Assembly: GCA_013265495.1 (NCBI GenBank)
Contig: MU058059.1
Coordinates: forward strand, 868,001-932,000
DNA: 64,000 nt
Direction: 5' to 3'
Source of the DNA: Vicugna vicugna
Lineage: Eukaryota
Numbering within the stretch: position 1 is the stretch's first letter; each line of letters starts with the position of its first letter. The notes beneath the pieces were generated by a model. That model saw nothing but the letters and a program-made list of their open reading frames with translations. It had not been told where the DNA came from and did not search any database. Of the stretch, positions 1-12,825 are shown piece after piece. Position numbers and translations under genes: made by a program.

Positions 1-263
1 TCTCGGGTTAACATCACAGGGAGCTGGGCGAAGGGTTTATAGGAACATTGTACACTTGGGGCAACTCTTCTATAAATATAGAATCATTTCAAAACAAAAA
101 AGTTTTTCTCTAAAGGCAATTCTTTTTCTCTGGTAACTTTCAGGATTTTTTCCCTTGTTTTTAGTTTTCAGCATTTTAATTATGGTATTTCTGGGTATAT
201 ATTTTATTGAGTTTATCCTATTTGGGGTTTACTGACATATTTCTCTAATTTGGGGAAGTATTT

Positions 264-383
264 GGGGGGGAGGTAATTAGGTTTATTTATTTATTTATTC
301 TTTTTCAAGGGAGGTACTGGGGATTGAACCCAGGACCTCTTACATGCTAAGCATATGCTCTACCACTAAGCTGTACCATCCCC
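264..383 (-). mobile_element. tRNA-Ala-derived camelid SINE (vic-1-like)
   Basis: A/B boxes, (TTTA)n tract; target-site duplication (TSD) ctaatttgggg at 245-255 and 387-397. Confidence 0.85.
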
Positions 384-980
384 TGACTAATTTGGGGGAG
401 TTTTCAGCCATTATTTCTTCACATTTTTTCCAGCATACATTCTTTTTCTTCTTCTTCGACTTCAGTGACATAAACAATGGATTTAAAATTTTTTTTCTTT
501 TAGGATTGTAAGATTTTTATTTACAAAAATCGTTTTCCCACTCTCATTCAGATTGAATAATTTCTATCGCTCTATCATCAAGGTAACTGATTTGTCCTTT
601 TGTCATCTCCAATCTGCTGTTTCGACATTCAGTGAGAGTTTTCATTTCAGTTGTGTATTTCAGTTTGAAATTTTCCATTTTCTTTTTCTTTTAACTTCTG
701 TTTCTTTTCTGAGACTTTCTATTTTTTTTTTTTGAATTTGTTTTAAGTGTCCATAGTTGCTTGTTGGGGAATTTGAATAAAAACTGCTTCTAAGCCTTTG
801 TTATTTAATTCCAACACCTTTCTCATCTCACTGTTACTTTCTGTTGATGGTCTTTTCAGAAGTGAGTTGAGATTTCCTGGGTCTTTTCATATTGAGTAAG
901 TTTAGATTGTATCTTAGATATTTTAAATATTATGTTATAAGACTCTGAGTCATGTTAAATCCTATGAAAAAAATGTTAAT

Positions 981-1111
981 TCTTTTTTTTTCTTTTGGTG
1001 GGAGGTAAGGCAATTAGGTTTATTTATTTATTTTTAGTGGACATACTGGGGATTGAACCTAGGACCTTGTGCATGCTAGGCATGCACTCTACCACTGAGC
1101 TGTGCCCTCCC
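981..1111 (-). mobile_element. tRNA-Ala-derived SINE (vic-1-like)
   Basis: ggggattgaacctaggaccttgtgcatgctaggcatgcactctaccactgagct. Confidence 0.85.
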
Positions 1112-1754
1112 TGCTGATTTTTTTTTTAATTTTTTTATTTTAGCAGATAATCAACCTGGTTAAGTTCTGGTCACAGGTTTTAACCTACTTTCTGTGGGCT
1201 GTTGCTCGGTATATTTGGAGTGCTATTTGGATCTGCCTCAAGTGTTTTCGTGCGTTGGCCAGTGTAGGGCCTGGGCAGTGATCTGTTAGTTCAGTTCTCC
1301 AAGTCTTTTATGTGCTGAATAGGATGTGCAGCTTGAAGGTGGGCCTAGGATTTGTAAACAACTTTATGGGGTTGGTTTCCTGGGCTTTTTTGTCTTTGTG
1401 ACTCCCTGTTACCCTCCGCCTTCCAGGGGCTGTCTTTTCCCATCCTTCATCCAGAAAGCTGGGGCACTTGCGTGGCCACACCTGCATCCACAAGTGGTAG
1501 GAGGACCTGAAGGAAAAACATTGGTAAACTCACTGCTGGTTTGGTGATAAGCTGGCTTATTCTCTGATACATTTCTTTTAAAGAGCTATAAATTTCCTTC
1601 TTAGGACTGTGTTCCCCTTTCCAACATATTTTTCCATATAGTTTTATTTATATTCAGTTGGATGTATTTCTTAGGTTACTTTATGACTTCCTTTTTAACC
1701 CATGTTATTTAATAATCCAATGTTATTTTGTTTCCCATTGTATGAGAATTTTTT

Positions 1755-2230
1755 TTTTGAGTTATCTTTTTGGAACTTGTAAAAAAGAATTCCTATATTC
1801 ATTTTACCTTTATCCCAATTTACCAATTGTTAACATTTTGCCGCCATTTGTTTAATCCTGTGCTCTCAGGCTCCCTGTTTCCCTTACTCTCCCCCTCTCT
1901 TTCTCTTTCTCTCTCAGCCTCTATCTACACACACACACACACACTCACACTTTTTATTCTGAACCATTTTTTCAGAGTAAGTTACAGGTATTATGCCACC
2001 TTCCCTAAAGACCTCAATGTGTGTTCCTAAAAATAAGGACAATCTCTTCCATAACCACATGATAAAACTATGACAAAAAGCAAGTATTTAACATTGATAC
2101 ACTGTTAGCTAGTCCACAGTCGGTGTTAAGAATTTCACCAGTTGCCCCAGTGAGGTCCACTATAGTGTAGAGCCTTTTTCCTCCTAGTTTGGGACCTGGT
2201 ACAGTGTTACTACCCACTGCATTTTTGCCT
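1755..2230 (-). mobile_element. Ancient L1 3'-end fragment (L1MC/ME-like)
   Basis: ccaattgttaacattttgcc and cctaaaaataaggacaatctcttccataaccac motifs. Confidence 0.55.
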
Positions 2231-3859
2231 TTAGCTATCACGGAGCTGTACTCTGGTCATTTATGTCCTAATCTTTTCTTATGTGTCTCAACACCAATAC
2301 TGGTCCTTTTCCAAATCCTGTGATTTGTGTTATGCTAAAACATCTCTATTGAGAATATTTTGCATCTTTTAAATTTTAGTGTATCAGGAGCAAGAGTCCC
2401 TCTCTTCCTTGCTGCAGCCTTCCCCATTATCAAAGACTATCGTTCTCATCTTCTAGGCTGGCATTTCTAAAAACTCAGAACAATTTTGGTCGTCTTTCCT
2501 TCTCCTTCTCTCTACCGTGTGTCAGTGGCAAAGCTCAGCTATGTGGTTTAAAACAGATTAGAGCAATGACTTACATTTGAGTTTTCTTCATTTCCAGAGG
2601 ACAAACCTCAAGTTTTGACTTTTGTCCTTGAGTAAAGAATATTTCATCTGCTAGAGTGAAACACATATTCTTATATTAATATTAAAAACATTTTATTCTC
2701 CTTGAGCTAGCATGCCACTGAAGCTTAAATTGGTCTCCTCTGAGCTTTTTAAAAACCGTGGACATTTTTGATGCGTGAAAAAGCTCTTCATCCATCATAT
2801 GGGCTGATGCTTGTCAATTACCCTTCTCCTGCTCTGTGACAGTGTCTGGATGCAGCACACCAGGCTGTCTGAACCATTGCACTCCAAAAGAATGACACTT
2901 TCTAATTTGCAACTGAAATTCAGATGAAAGCCCCTTTATTAAATACTAAAAAGAAATATCTGTCAAATTCTATTTACATCAAATTCCTTTTTCTGTGACT
3001 TAAGCTGTTGATAATTTTCCAACTACTTTTTAAAACTGGTCTTCCAGCATATTGACATTATAAGCCTAAAATACGTAAACTATGTGTCAAATTATTTCTG
3101 ATGTTTAGTAAACTGTCTAGTGTATATCACATATAGAGTCAAATCATCAGTGTGGTTTAGCATTTAATATTTTAATCTATTGAAGTTATCACTGTGATGC
3201 CAAATATTGTTAAAACCATGTCCAGAAATCTGCAAAGTATTTATCCTTAGTTCTGGTGAGCTAAAATTGTAGCTTCCTTTTTGGTACAAACAAAAAGTAT
3301 ATTGGTAAATTGTTTTCTCAGTTGAAAGGACTTCACATTCAGTGTAATAAGTAACTCAGTGAAAAACTGAAATAAAAATTCCTCCAACTGGCATCTGTCC
3401 TTATAGATTTGTGCAAGGAGGTATTACTGCCCCCTGGTACTCGGTCTTGGCTATTCCTTGAGCACATCAGGCATGCCCTCCCAGTCCCTTGTGTACCTCT
3501 GCGATATTCAGATTGAATTTTTTTTAATGTATCTTAGATTATTATTGTCGAAATAAAAGTATAATAGGTGGTCAAATGGCCATTGAAACAGTCCATGCCC
3601 ATGAATATAATATTCTTCAGTTTCTTATCAATTCAAAGTTAGGAGATGAATCTTCCACTTAACATGTCGTAGAAAAGCAGTAGAGTGATAGTTGGATGAC
3701 CAGACGGTCACAGGTACGAGTTTTCGTAAAGAAGAGAGGGAGAAGGGTTTGGAAAGGGCAGGCGAACACCGGCTTGACTCCAGGCAGGCGTGTGCACAGG
3801 CACGCTCCAGAGAGCTACAGGGAGACATGTTCCCTGGGGCGGACCCCGAGAGCAGTCCT

Positions 3860-4030
3860 CGTCACCCTTGGCTGTTCATCACGATCACCTGGGGGACTTT
3901 GAGGATACTGGCCCTGGGGTCTCACCCTCAGAGTTTCTAATTAATTGCTTTGTGGTGTGGTCTGAGTGATCACGGAGTTACAATAGCTCCCCAGGTGACT
4001 GAAAGGTACAGCCACCCTTGGAGACCACTT
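3860..4030. mobile_element. MER5A-like hAT-Charlie MITE
   Basis: atcacctgggggac...ctccccaggtgact...ttggagaccact. Confidence 0.65.
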
Positions 4031-4948
4031 GTTCATAGCAAAAAGGGAAGGGGGGCCAATCAGGGGCATTCAGAGCATGGACAGATTTATATAACATGAT
4101 ACTTTTAAGATATTAGCACAATTCCTGCTACAGAGTCAGCTGTTAATGTCCTTCTTCAGATGCCAATGCTTAAATTCTGGCACGACTAAGAAGGGGACAT
4201 TTGTTCTGCAAGATGAGGTTGGCATTAAATAGATGAGGACATCTCCATGGAACTCTTTACTCCATCAAGATAATATCTTTACAGCACTCATCCATCTTTC
4301 CATGATCAGCCCATAGCTCTGTCCAGAAATTAGCCATTCCTTAGCGCCTGTGCTTTACAAATGAGACTGCAGATGAGGTCAAATTGAGTAAGTAGAAGGT
4401 TCCTTTTCTCCTCAGAATTAGTCGAGGACTCATGAAGATTTGTCTGCATGAGTAGTTGCCATGTAGGTTCTGAATCCCAGTTTTCCTTTGGGATGAGCAG
4501 GCTGAGTATGAGTTTAAGCTGGTTAATTTATTAGCTGCTATTATCTTCCAACTGTAGAATAATAATAGTTAACAGATGACCCTAAATATTACATGATTAT
4601 CTTTATGCTTATGGATCAAGCTAATACATTTTCCCATACTTCTGTTATCTGATATTAATAAAAGTTATGGCCTCAATCTCCAGTTTAAAAAGACACAATT
4701 CAATGAGGGTCCTAAGAAACTCATAAAGACCCGTAGATCTTTTCAGAGCTAATATTTCAACCATTTTTGTAACTGGAAAAGGAAATGACTAGACAAATTA
4801 TGTCACTGGCTTCTCATTCTGTGTCTTCAGTTTTGGAAGAAAGCTCTTGACCTTTCTAAACAGATCTTTTTGGAAAAGTCTATATTTAATTTGAAAAAGT
4901 TATTTGTAGAGCTCCATTCTGTTTGCAAAATAGTATTCAGAATAAAGG

Positions 4949-5157
4949 GACAGCTGCATGTAAGTCAATGAATTTAGAACACTCCCTCACACCATACACA
5001 GAAATTAACTCAAAATTGCTTGACGACTTAAACATAAGACAAGACACAATAAATCTCCTAGAAAAAAACAGGCAAAAGCTTATCTAACTTAAATCTTAGC
5101 CCTGTTCTCCTAGGGCAGTCTACCTAGGCAATAGAAATGCAAGCAAAAGTAAACAAA
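4949..5157 (+). mobile_element. Internal L1 ORF2 fragment flanked by an 11-bp TSD
   Basis: cacaccatacacagaaattaactcaaaa...cctagaaaaaaacaggcaaaa is L1 ORF2-like; cagaataaagg at 4938-4948 and 5158-5168. Confidence 0.8.
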
Positions 5158-5411
5158 CAGAATAAAGGAATACTCATGGTGCAATGTGTGAAAATTAATT
5201 CTTAAAAAAAGTTGAGCAGTTAGGAATGTTCGTGTTTTCCATCCAAAGGAGATACACATTTCAAACGTTCCATCCAGGGGAGTTACAGATTTACTACTCT
5301 GTTTGCTCTGTGAAGCGTCTGTGTACTTACCATAGGTCCGCACTAGAGCAATACTCCACACAAAAAAGGGGGTAACCATTTACATTAGAAGTTTCCAACT
5401 AGTCTTTAAGA

Positions 5412-5878
5412 AACATTTTATTGCAGAACAATTTTAGACTTATGGGAAAGTTGCAAAAATAGGGTGCAGTGCTCGTATATACACCTCCACCTAGTTTTCC
5501 CATTGTTAACAACGTGTGTTTCTGTGGTACATTTGCCCAAAGTGAAACACTGGCATTGGTGTATCATTAGTACCTAATTCCAGGCTTTAAACAATTTCCT
5601 CATTTTTCTCAGAAGGGTCCTTTTTCTGCTCTAGGATCCAGCCCAGGGTCACACACTGCATGTAGTTTTTGTGTCGCCGGGCCACTTCTGGTCTGGGACA
5701 GCTTCTCAGGCTTTACTTATTTTCCATGACTTTGGCAATTTTAGGGGGTGCGGGACCGGTGTCCTGTAGAACGTTCCCCCAATCTGGGCTTCTCTGATGT
5801 TTTTCTCACGATTACACTGGGATTACGGGATTCTGGAAGGAACACCACAGAGGTGAGGTGACCCCATCACATCATCTA
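5412..5878 (-). mobile_element. Old L1 3'-end fragment (L1MC-like)
   Basis: attttagacttatgggaaagttgcaaaaatag...caccacagaggtgaggtg. Confidence 0.65.
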
Positions 5879-5975
5879 AATATTTTAAAATCACTAAATT
5901 TAGACTAGGTAAGATCCTTCCTGGTTTTAAAATGCTATGGTCATATATTATATAGAGCTCACTATTTTTTAAAGC

Positions 5976-6009
<34 letters not shown>

Positions 6010-6480
6010 TATATATTCCAGTTTTGTATATTTTGGCCTGTATTTTCACACAAGGGATGAGCAGGCAGGGAAGCCCACCGAATACATGGACTGCAGCAGA
6101 GTGATTTTATACTTTTGCCTCAAGCCACGTGCTCTGCATGGATGGCGAGTATTTACAGATTGCTGACAGATGTCACCAGGCTACTAAATATCTCTGTCCT
6201 TGGCCACACTGACCCTTTGGAGACAAATATATTATATTTTATTTTAGAATAAAAGGAAATAAATGAAAAAAAATCCCATTTTTTTAAAAAAAGGACTGGA
6301 ATGTCTTCAGTTAGGGGGAACCTCAAGAATGAGACAGATACTCCCAGTTCTAGGAATCCACAACCTCGAGTGAGAATAGGAGGGAAATTGGAGAAGAAAG
6401 AGACAGACAGAGAGAGAGGGGAGGAGAAAGAAGAGAAGATGCTGGTCAGGAGGCAAACCATTTGATTAAAGAGATTTGGT

Positions 6481-6620
6481 GGGGAGGGTACAGCTCAGTA
6501 TCAGAGCGCGTGCATACTTAGCATGCACGAGGACCTGGGTTCAAGCCCCAGTACCTCATTAAAAAATAAGTAAGTAAATAAATGACCTAATTATCCCCCA
6601 GAAAAATAAACAAAAGATAT
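6481..6620 (+). mobile_element. tRNA-Ala-derived SINE (vic-1-like)
   Basis: ggggagggtacagctcag...cctgggttcaagccccagtacctc plus an A-rich tail. Confidence 0.85.
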
Positions 6621-7109
6621 AATTTAGAAAGTGAAAATGAAATTTCTTTTTTTAAAGAGAGATTTTGTAGTTGATTTATTTCCTTTTATGACCACTCAAG
6701 TTTAAACCTGAGAGCTATGGGGTCTTCCCAGATTTAGAAATTACTATAAAAAAGTTTGCATAGTGAAGATAGCCCTGAATACACCCTATGCTGATACATT
6801 TGCTTCGCCTGTGCGTGATACTTGCACGCTCACTGTCCCATTTGATCGCTGGCATTGCTGTGGATTTCCATTTGAGAACGGAAGCCATTGTCATAGGATT
6901 TAAAATCCGGAGGTTCTCTCATGTTGCCTCCAGCCTCGTTTTACACATGAGAGGACAGAAACCTAGAGATGTCAGCACTGGCGTTCATTTTTAGTTCCTG
7001 GTGGAGCCTGGAAACAGTCGCTGGTGGTCTAGTCCTGCAGGTCTGCTGGCTGGCTTCTTGAGGATACGTTGTATTATGATGCATTCAGTACCTACCCAGG
7101 AACTGTCAT

Positions 7110-7310
7110 GAGTCAGGAAGCCTTCCAAACACTTGACATGTGTTAACTCATCTATCCTTACAACACCCTGTGAGGTGGTTGCCCGTGTACAAGTGACAAA
7201 ACTGGAGCACATCGAGATCAAACAGCTGGCGCGGCCTCCTGCACCCCGCAACGGCCAGAGATTTGAACCCTGATTGCCTCACTCCAGGACCTCTTAACCA
7301 CGACACCAAC
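7110..7310 (-). mobile_element. MIR SINE
   Basis: ttaactcatctatccttacaacaccctgtgagg ... gatttgaaccc MIR core. Confidence 0.65.
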
Positions 7311-7954
7311 TGCCCTAACTCAAATGCTCATTTCTTTGTCTCTCGGTTTCACTTTCTCGCCCATGAGTAGAAAACTTTAAACCATCCTCAGCGTCTCAGG
7401 CGTTCACAGGAGCCTCACTGGGTGGGGTTGTTGGGTGTTGTCAGTGTGCAGGACATTCGCCCGCGCTGAGCTGAAATGACAGTGCTCTCTCGGGCCGGCT
7501 GCTGAATTTCTCCTTCCACGTTTGCCTTCACAGTGCATTGAAAAGCGGCTCCTGCTTCCATTCAGTGGTTCTACGTCACAAATCCATACTGAGCACTTTC
7601 TATGCCTAAGGGATTGAGGGCATAGACAGGAGCAAGACAGACATAATCCTGCTCTCAAGGAAATTATACTTTAGGGGATCGAAGGGGGAGGAATTTGGGA
7701 TGGTAGAGATAAAATGTTCTAATACCAGAGCAAATGGGTCATTGGTGAAAAAATAAAAAACATGTAGCAAATTGTAGCTGCAAATAAAGTCACCCCGTGT
7801 AGATTAATAAGTACAAAATAAAATACTAGGTAGGGTCCTGGTAATGTTTTAGAAGAAAGCCAGTCATCTGCTCTACCAGGAAAGCAGTAAGTACAGTAAT
7901 AATAGTTCATATAAGACACGATGTAAGAGTCACTCCATTTCTAATACTCCTTTA

Positions 7955-7997
7955 AAAAGGCAAAAGATTTATACGATCTGAAGAGAAACCAGAGTAT
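7955..7997 (-). pseudogene. 3'-truncated U5 snRNA retropseudogene (U5 nt 1 to ~43)
   Basis: Minus strand ATACTCTGGTTTCTCTTCAGATCGTATAAATCTTTTGCCTTTT matches the U5 5' end up to loop 1; flanked by 18/19-bp direct repeats. Confidence 0.9.
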
Positions 7998-9539
7998 TCT
8001 AACACTCCTTTAAAACAATCTGTTTGCCAAAGTTTGTTTATGACTTTTCGAAGAGGGAAGGCTTTTATCATATCTGTATCTCAGGGGAAGCAAACTGTAA
8101 AATGTTTGAAATTCATGAGGAGACACGTTCTTTTCTGGTCCTAAACAAGCCTCTATCCCCCAAAGATAAATATTTCCAAACGTACCTTACCGTGCCCTGG
8201 AGGTCTCTGGAAGTTGAAAATTTTTTAGTACCTGAGTTTTAAGCTAAAAATAATTCTTCTATTTTTACCTACTGACAAGAGGGAGCTTATGATACTTTTA
8301 TTAGCATAGGGTCCACGGAATGGAATACATCTGATAACTTACCTTTAAAAAAATCTTCATGTGGAATGCTGACTTTATTTTGAACTTCAAATTCAGCTAA
8401 TGAGCATGTATTCATACTGTCCAGATTTCATTATTTATGATTCTAATATAACTTCAAGAAGAGGCTATTTAGACAGGAAATAGAAGCCATTATTTAGTCT
8501 CCTAGTCAGCATTTTTATTTATTTATGCTGACTCATAAATTCCTTGATATGGTCACCACGAGCCGGCTCTTCTAATTTGCATGCAGTCACAAGAAGGAAT
8601 TACGAGCCTGAAATCACAGCCAGAAATCTCTCTTTCAGCTTTGGTGGCTCCGCAGGGCATGCGTCGATGGCCGGGCTGTCATTGGTCCATCTTTGCCCGT
8701 TCCGAGGCTTTCTCCCCACATGAATGGCTTGCCAAATGTTTCTGGAAGCAGCACGACTGTTTTCACTTTGAACAACCCACTGCTGGATGCTTACATTTCT
8801 TCTGCCGTCAAATTCAGTCACTTGGTTAGGACTGCTATGGCTCTAGTCACAAGTAAATCAACGCTTCATGTGAAACTTCCCATTTTTATTGTCGAGGTGT
8901 TACCTGCAATCTAGACTCATAAAATGATTTATTCCCCTGCCAAGGAGAAAGGACAATAATCAAGTAGATCCAAAATCATCACAGTCACCACCGCAACCAG
9001 ACTCAGCTAGAATCCAGATTACCTTTGGAATCCGTCACACAGCCCGCGCCCTTTCTTCCTTCGTCCTCGCTAGTCTTAGGAAAACACACGTTTGTCTCAG
9101 TAGTCTTTAGTTAAGGGGGTCATTATGATTTTTGTGCAGGGCTGGGAGAAGCAATATTTTAGAAAAGGAGAAACCAAGACTTGGAATCTAAATGACCTGT
9201 CCAGGATGATATAGGTCACAAGCGGCCCTGCTGATGCTAGAATCCTCCGATTCCTTGACCACACTCCTCTCTCTGCACTCCCCTCAACAAACAAATAAAA
9301 CAAACAAAGTTAGACAATAGAGGCAATGTGTTTGACAATTCACAAAAGGATTTCACTGCTGGGATGGATGAGCAAATGTGACCTTTTGTTTGATTCTGTT
9401 AAAAACCCCATTATCTGTTATCTTTTATTTGATGTCTGTAGTCCCTGGGGTTGCTCCCACTCCTTTTACCAATTCCATTTGATAAAGATGCCCTTTTGTC
9501 TAACGCTGCTTTTACCTTCAGACAATGAAAACATTATGA

Positions 9540-9720
9540 GCTTTGAAATTTTATCAACCTGGGTTTGAAGCTCAATTCAGTTACCATTGGTATGACCTGA
9601 AGGCATGGAGACCATCTCTCCCCAGCCAAACAACAGAGCAATGAAAATTCACCTCCCCATCAGATTGCTGTGAGGTTTTTAATGATAATTCTGGATATGC
9701 ACAGTGCCCGACTCCATGAA
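9540..9720 (+). mobile_element. MIR SINE
   Basis: cctgggtttgaa...gtatgacctgaaggca...gattgctgtgagg. Confidence 0.5.
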
Positions 9721-10214
9721 GGTAAATCTACCAATGTAAATTCCTTTCCTTTGACGTGATCAGGTTCTTCCTTCTGTGTGGATCTGGGTGATGGATTGTT
9801 TATAGTTCCAGTGCACTGCAATAATGGCCAAGAGAAAAAGGGGGAAATGAGGCTAAGATGAATTCAAGATACATCGTCTAAATACAGTAGTTATCTGGTC
9901 CAACATCTGTATCAACATGATGAATTTAGATTAAAGCATACAGAATCTCCCTCTAGAGCAAAAAATCTCCTAGTAATTTATACATGCAAAGTATTTAAAA
10001 CTTACATTTAGAAAACTGTGAAAAATATGGAAGATTCTTTCATTCCAGCGCTGTAGACTCACATGAGAGGATGCATGAACCTAACTGTACCTGGCTAGTT
10101 TATTCTTCCCTCATTTACTAAATAAACATTTATTGAGTTCCTATCATGTGTCTGTCTTCCTGAGCCTGTTATGTTTCCAGGTAGGGAAGCAACCAAAAGT
10201 TACAATGGGCATTC

Positions 10215-10970
10215 TTTTTGTGTGTGTGTGTGATTTTATTTCAGATTTATCTATTTCAGTTGAAGTATAGTCAGTTTACAATGTTGTGTCAATTTCTGGT
10301 GTACAGCATAATGTTTCAGTCATACAAATATATACATATATTTGTTTTCGTATTCTTTTTCATTATATGTTACTACAAGATATTGAATATAGTTCCCTGT
10401 GCTGTACAATTTGTTTATCTATTTTATATATAGTAGTTAGTACCTGCAAATCTCAAACTCCCAATTTATCTCTTCCCACCCCCTTTTCCTCCTGATAACC
10501 ATAAGTTTGTTTTCTATGTCTGTGAGTCTGTTTCTGTTTTGTAAATAAGTTCATTTGTGTCTTTTGTTTAGATTCCACACATAAGTGGTATCATATGATA
10601 TTTTTCTTTCTCTTTCTGGCTTATTTCACTTAGAATGACAATCTCCAGGTCCATCCATGTTGCAGCAAATGGCATTATTTTATTCTTTTTTATGGCTGAG
10701 TAGTATTCTGTTGTAGAAATATACCACATCTTCTTTATCCAATCATCTGTTGATGGACATTTAGGCTGTTTCCATATCTTGGCTAATGTAAATAGTGTTG
10801 CTATTGGGGTGCATGTGTCTTCTCAAATTAGAGTTCCCTCCCAATATATGCCCAGGAATAGGACTACTGGATCATATGGAAAGTCTATTTTCAGTTTTTA
10901 AAGGAATCTCTATACTGCTTTCCATAGTGGCTGCACTAAACTACATTCCCACCAACAGTGTAGGAGGGTC
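10215..10970 (-). mobile_element. 5'-truncated, relatively young L1 (ORF2 end plus 3' UTR)
   Basis: L1 3' end; perfect TSD acaatgggcattc at 10202-10214 and 10971-10983. Confidence 0.9.
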
Positions 10971-12195
10971 ACAATGGGCATTCCTGAACTTTAACGTGTC
11001 TCCCACTGATGTGGAGAAAGACAGGCTTCAAGTAAACTTGGGATCCATATAATTTCAAAACAGAGCTGAGACTAAGGAATCCCTGCAGCTGTGCGATATT
11101 TAAGAACATGAGCTATGAAACCTGAAGAAGAAGAACAGGAATTTTCTTCCAAGGATGACCAAGACTTTCTCGGTGAGAATTTGAGGCTGCATGTTTGAAG
11201 GCACAGGCCAGCACTGCCAAGGGCAGTTCTGCTTTTAAAAAGATGGTTTGGGAGAGTCTTAGGGATTAAAAAACTCTAACACTTTATCTTTAAATATCTT
11301 GCACAGACTCATAAGACTTAACCTATCTTCTTAGAAAGCAAGATCTGATGGTGGGACGTGATCATGTTTCAATAGGAAACAAGATTGTGATCTCAAATAT
11401 GTAAAAAAACAAAACAAAACTGTACACAGAAGAATACAAAGAAAATATCCCCAAATGTTAGTAGCTGCTAACTCCAGATTGTGGGACATTTGTTTCCCTT
11501 CTAATACTTTTTTTTAGCCTTTGCTAACTTTTCGGCAATAAATACATATTACATTTATTCTTAACAAGATATTATATGTGTGTATATGTGTGTGTGTGTG
11601 TGTGAAGAAGATACATGTACACACACTTAGAAGAATATTTTGAGTCATTATGTCCTCGGTGGAGACTGGGGGTCCATTATCATAACCGTGTAACAGACAG
11701 TGTATGTTCCTAAATGGGTGGGGGAGGGGTGAGAGGTTTATAACATTGCTTTCCTGTTCATATAGGATCTGCAGTTCTAAGCTGTCTGCTCCATAGCTCT
11801 CCCAGACAGACAGGCTAGGAATAAACAAATGACCCTCAGGTGTTATTTCAGATGGTGCAGGGGGTACAACAGGGCTCAGGCAGACAGCCAGCACCCCACA
11901 CCCCACTCCCAGCTCCCCTCTGCTACCCCAAAACATTAAAGTTTGAGGAAAACCTCATTATCTTCCATTCTATCACTGGATCAGTTGGTTTCCGATATCC
12001 TGACGATTCCCTCCCCCCAAACTGCCACTAACAAGAAAAGAAAGAAAACTCTTGGAGTTAAAGTTGTTGCTTCTACTCCAGAGAGTAAAATAAACTTACA
12101 TGAGGGGATGGGAGAAGGCCAGGGAACTTTCCTTAACACATACACCTTCATATCCATCAGGAATACGTTTAGATCAAAGCCTCATTTGCTGTCTT

Positions 12196-12358
12196 TTTTT
12201 TAATATATAATAGTGATCTGTTTTATTTTTATTTTTTGGTGGGTGGAGATAATTAGATTTATTTATTTATTTATTTGCATAATGGAGGTACTGGGGCTGG
12301 AACCCAGGACCTCGTGCATGCTAAGCATGTGCTCCACCACTGAACTATACAATCCTCC
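12196..12358 (-). mobile_element. tRNA-Ala-derived SINE (vic-1-like)
   Basis: A/B boxes; TSD catttgct(g/a)tctt at 12183-12195 and 12360-12372. Confidence 0.85.
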
Positions 12359-12654
12359 ACATTTGCTATCTTGAAAGGGGGAGTTCCATCCTGGGCATAT
12401 TGAAAGGATACACTTGGATGCAATCACAACTGTCCAGGGTTTGTAGAGGATGAGCCAGCCCTTCCGAGGGTCCTGCAGAACTGTGTCCCTGCCCCTGCAT
12501 CCCAGCTCCCAGCCACGTGTACTTATCCTGTGGAAACTGCTGGACTTCTCACCTTCTCTTCAGCCTGGGTAGCAGACACTGGCCCAACGATAATGTCACA
12601 TAAGCCCAGGGACACAGGGACAGGGAAAGGGAGATGCCTGGAGGATCCCCCAGC

Positions 12655-12825
12655 CTGCTGCATGAAATACAGGACAGCCCTGTGAAGTTCGAATTTCAGA
12701 CAGCAATGCATAAATGCGGATGTGAGTGTGCAGACTTACACGAACAATTATTCATTCATTGTTTATCTGAAATTCAAATTTGACCGAGCACCCTGTATTT
12801 TTATTTGCTGAATTTGGTAACTCTA
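12655..12825. mobile_element. MER53-like palindromic hAT MITE
   Basis: aaatacaggac...gaatttcagac and gtttatctgaaattcaaatttgacc...cctgtattttt inverted arms. Confidence 0.65.

Larger units (their letters stand above)
110..1550 (-). mobile_element. Old L1 (L1M-type) 5'/ORF1-region fragment interrupted by two SINEs
   Basis: T-rich antisense L1-like sequence (gagtttatcctatttggggtt..., ttttcagccattatttcttc); boundaries approximate. Confidence 0.6.
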
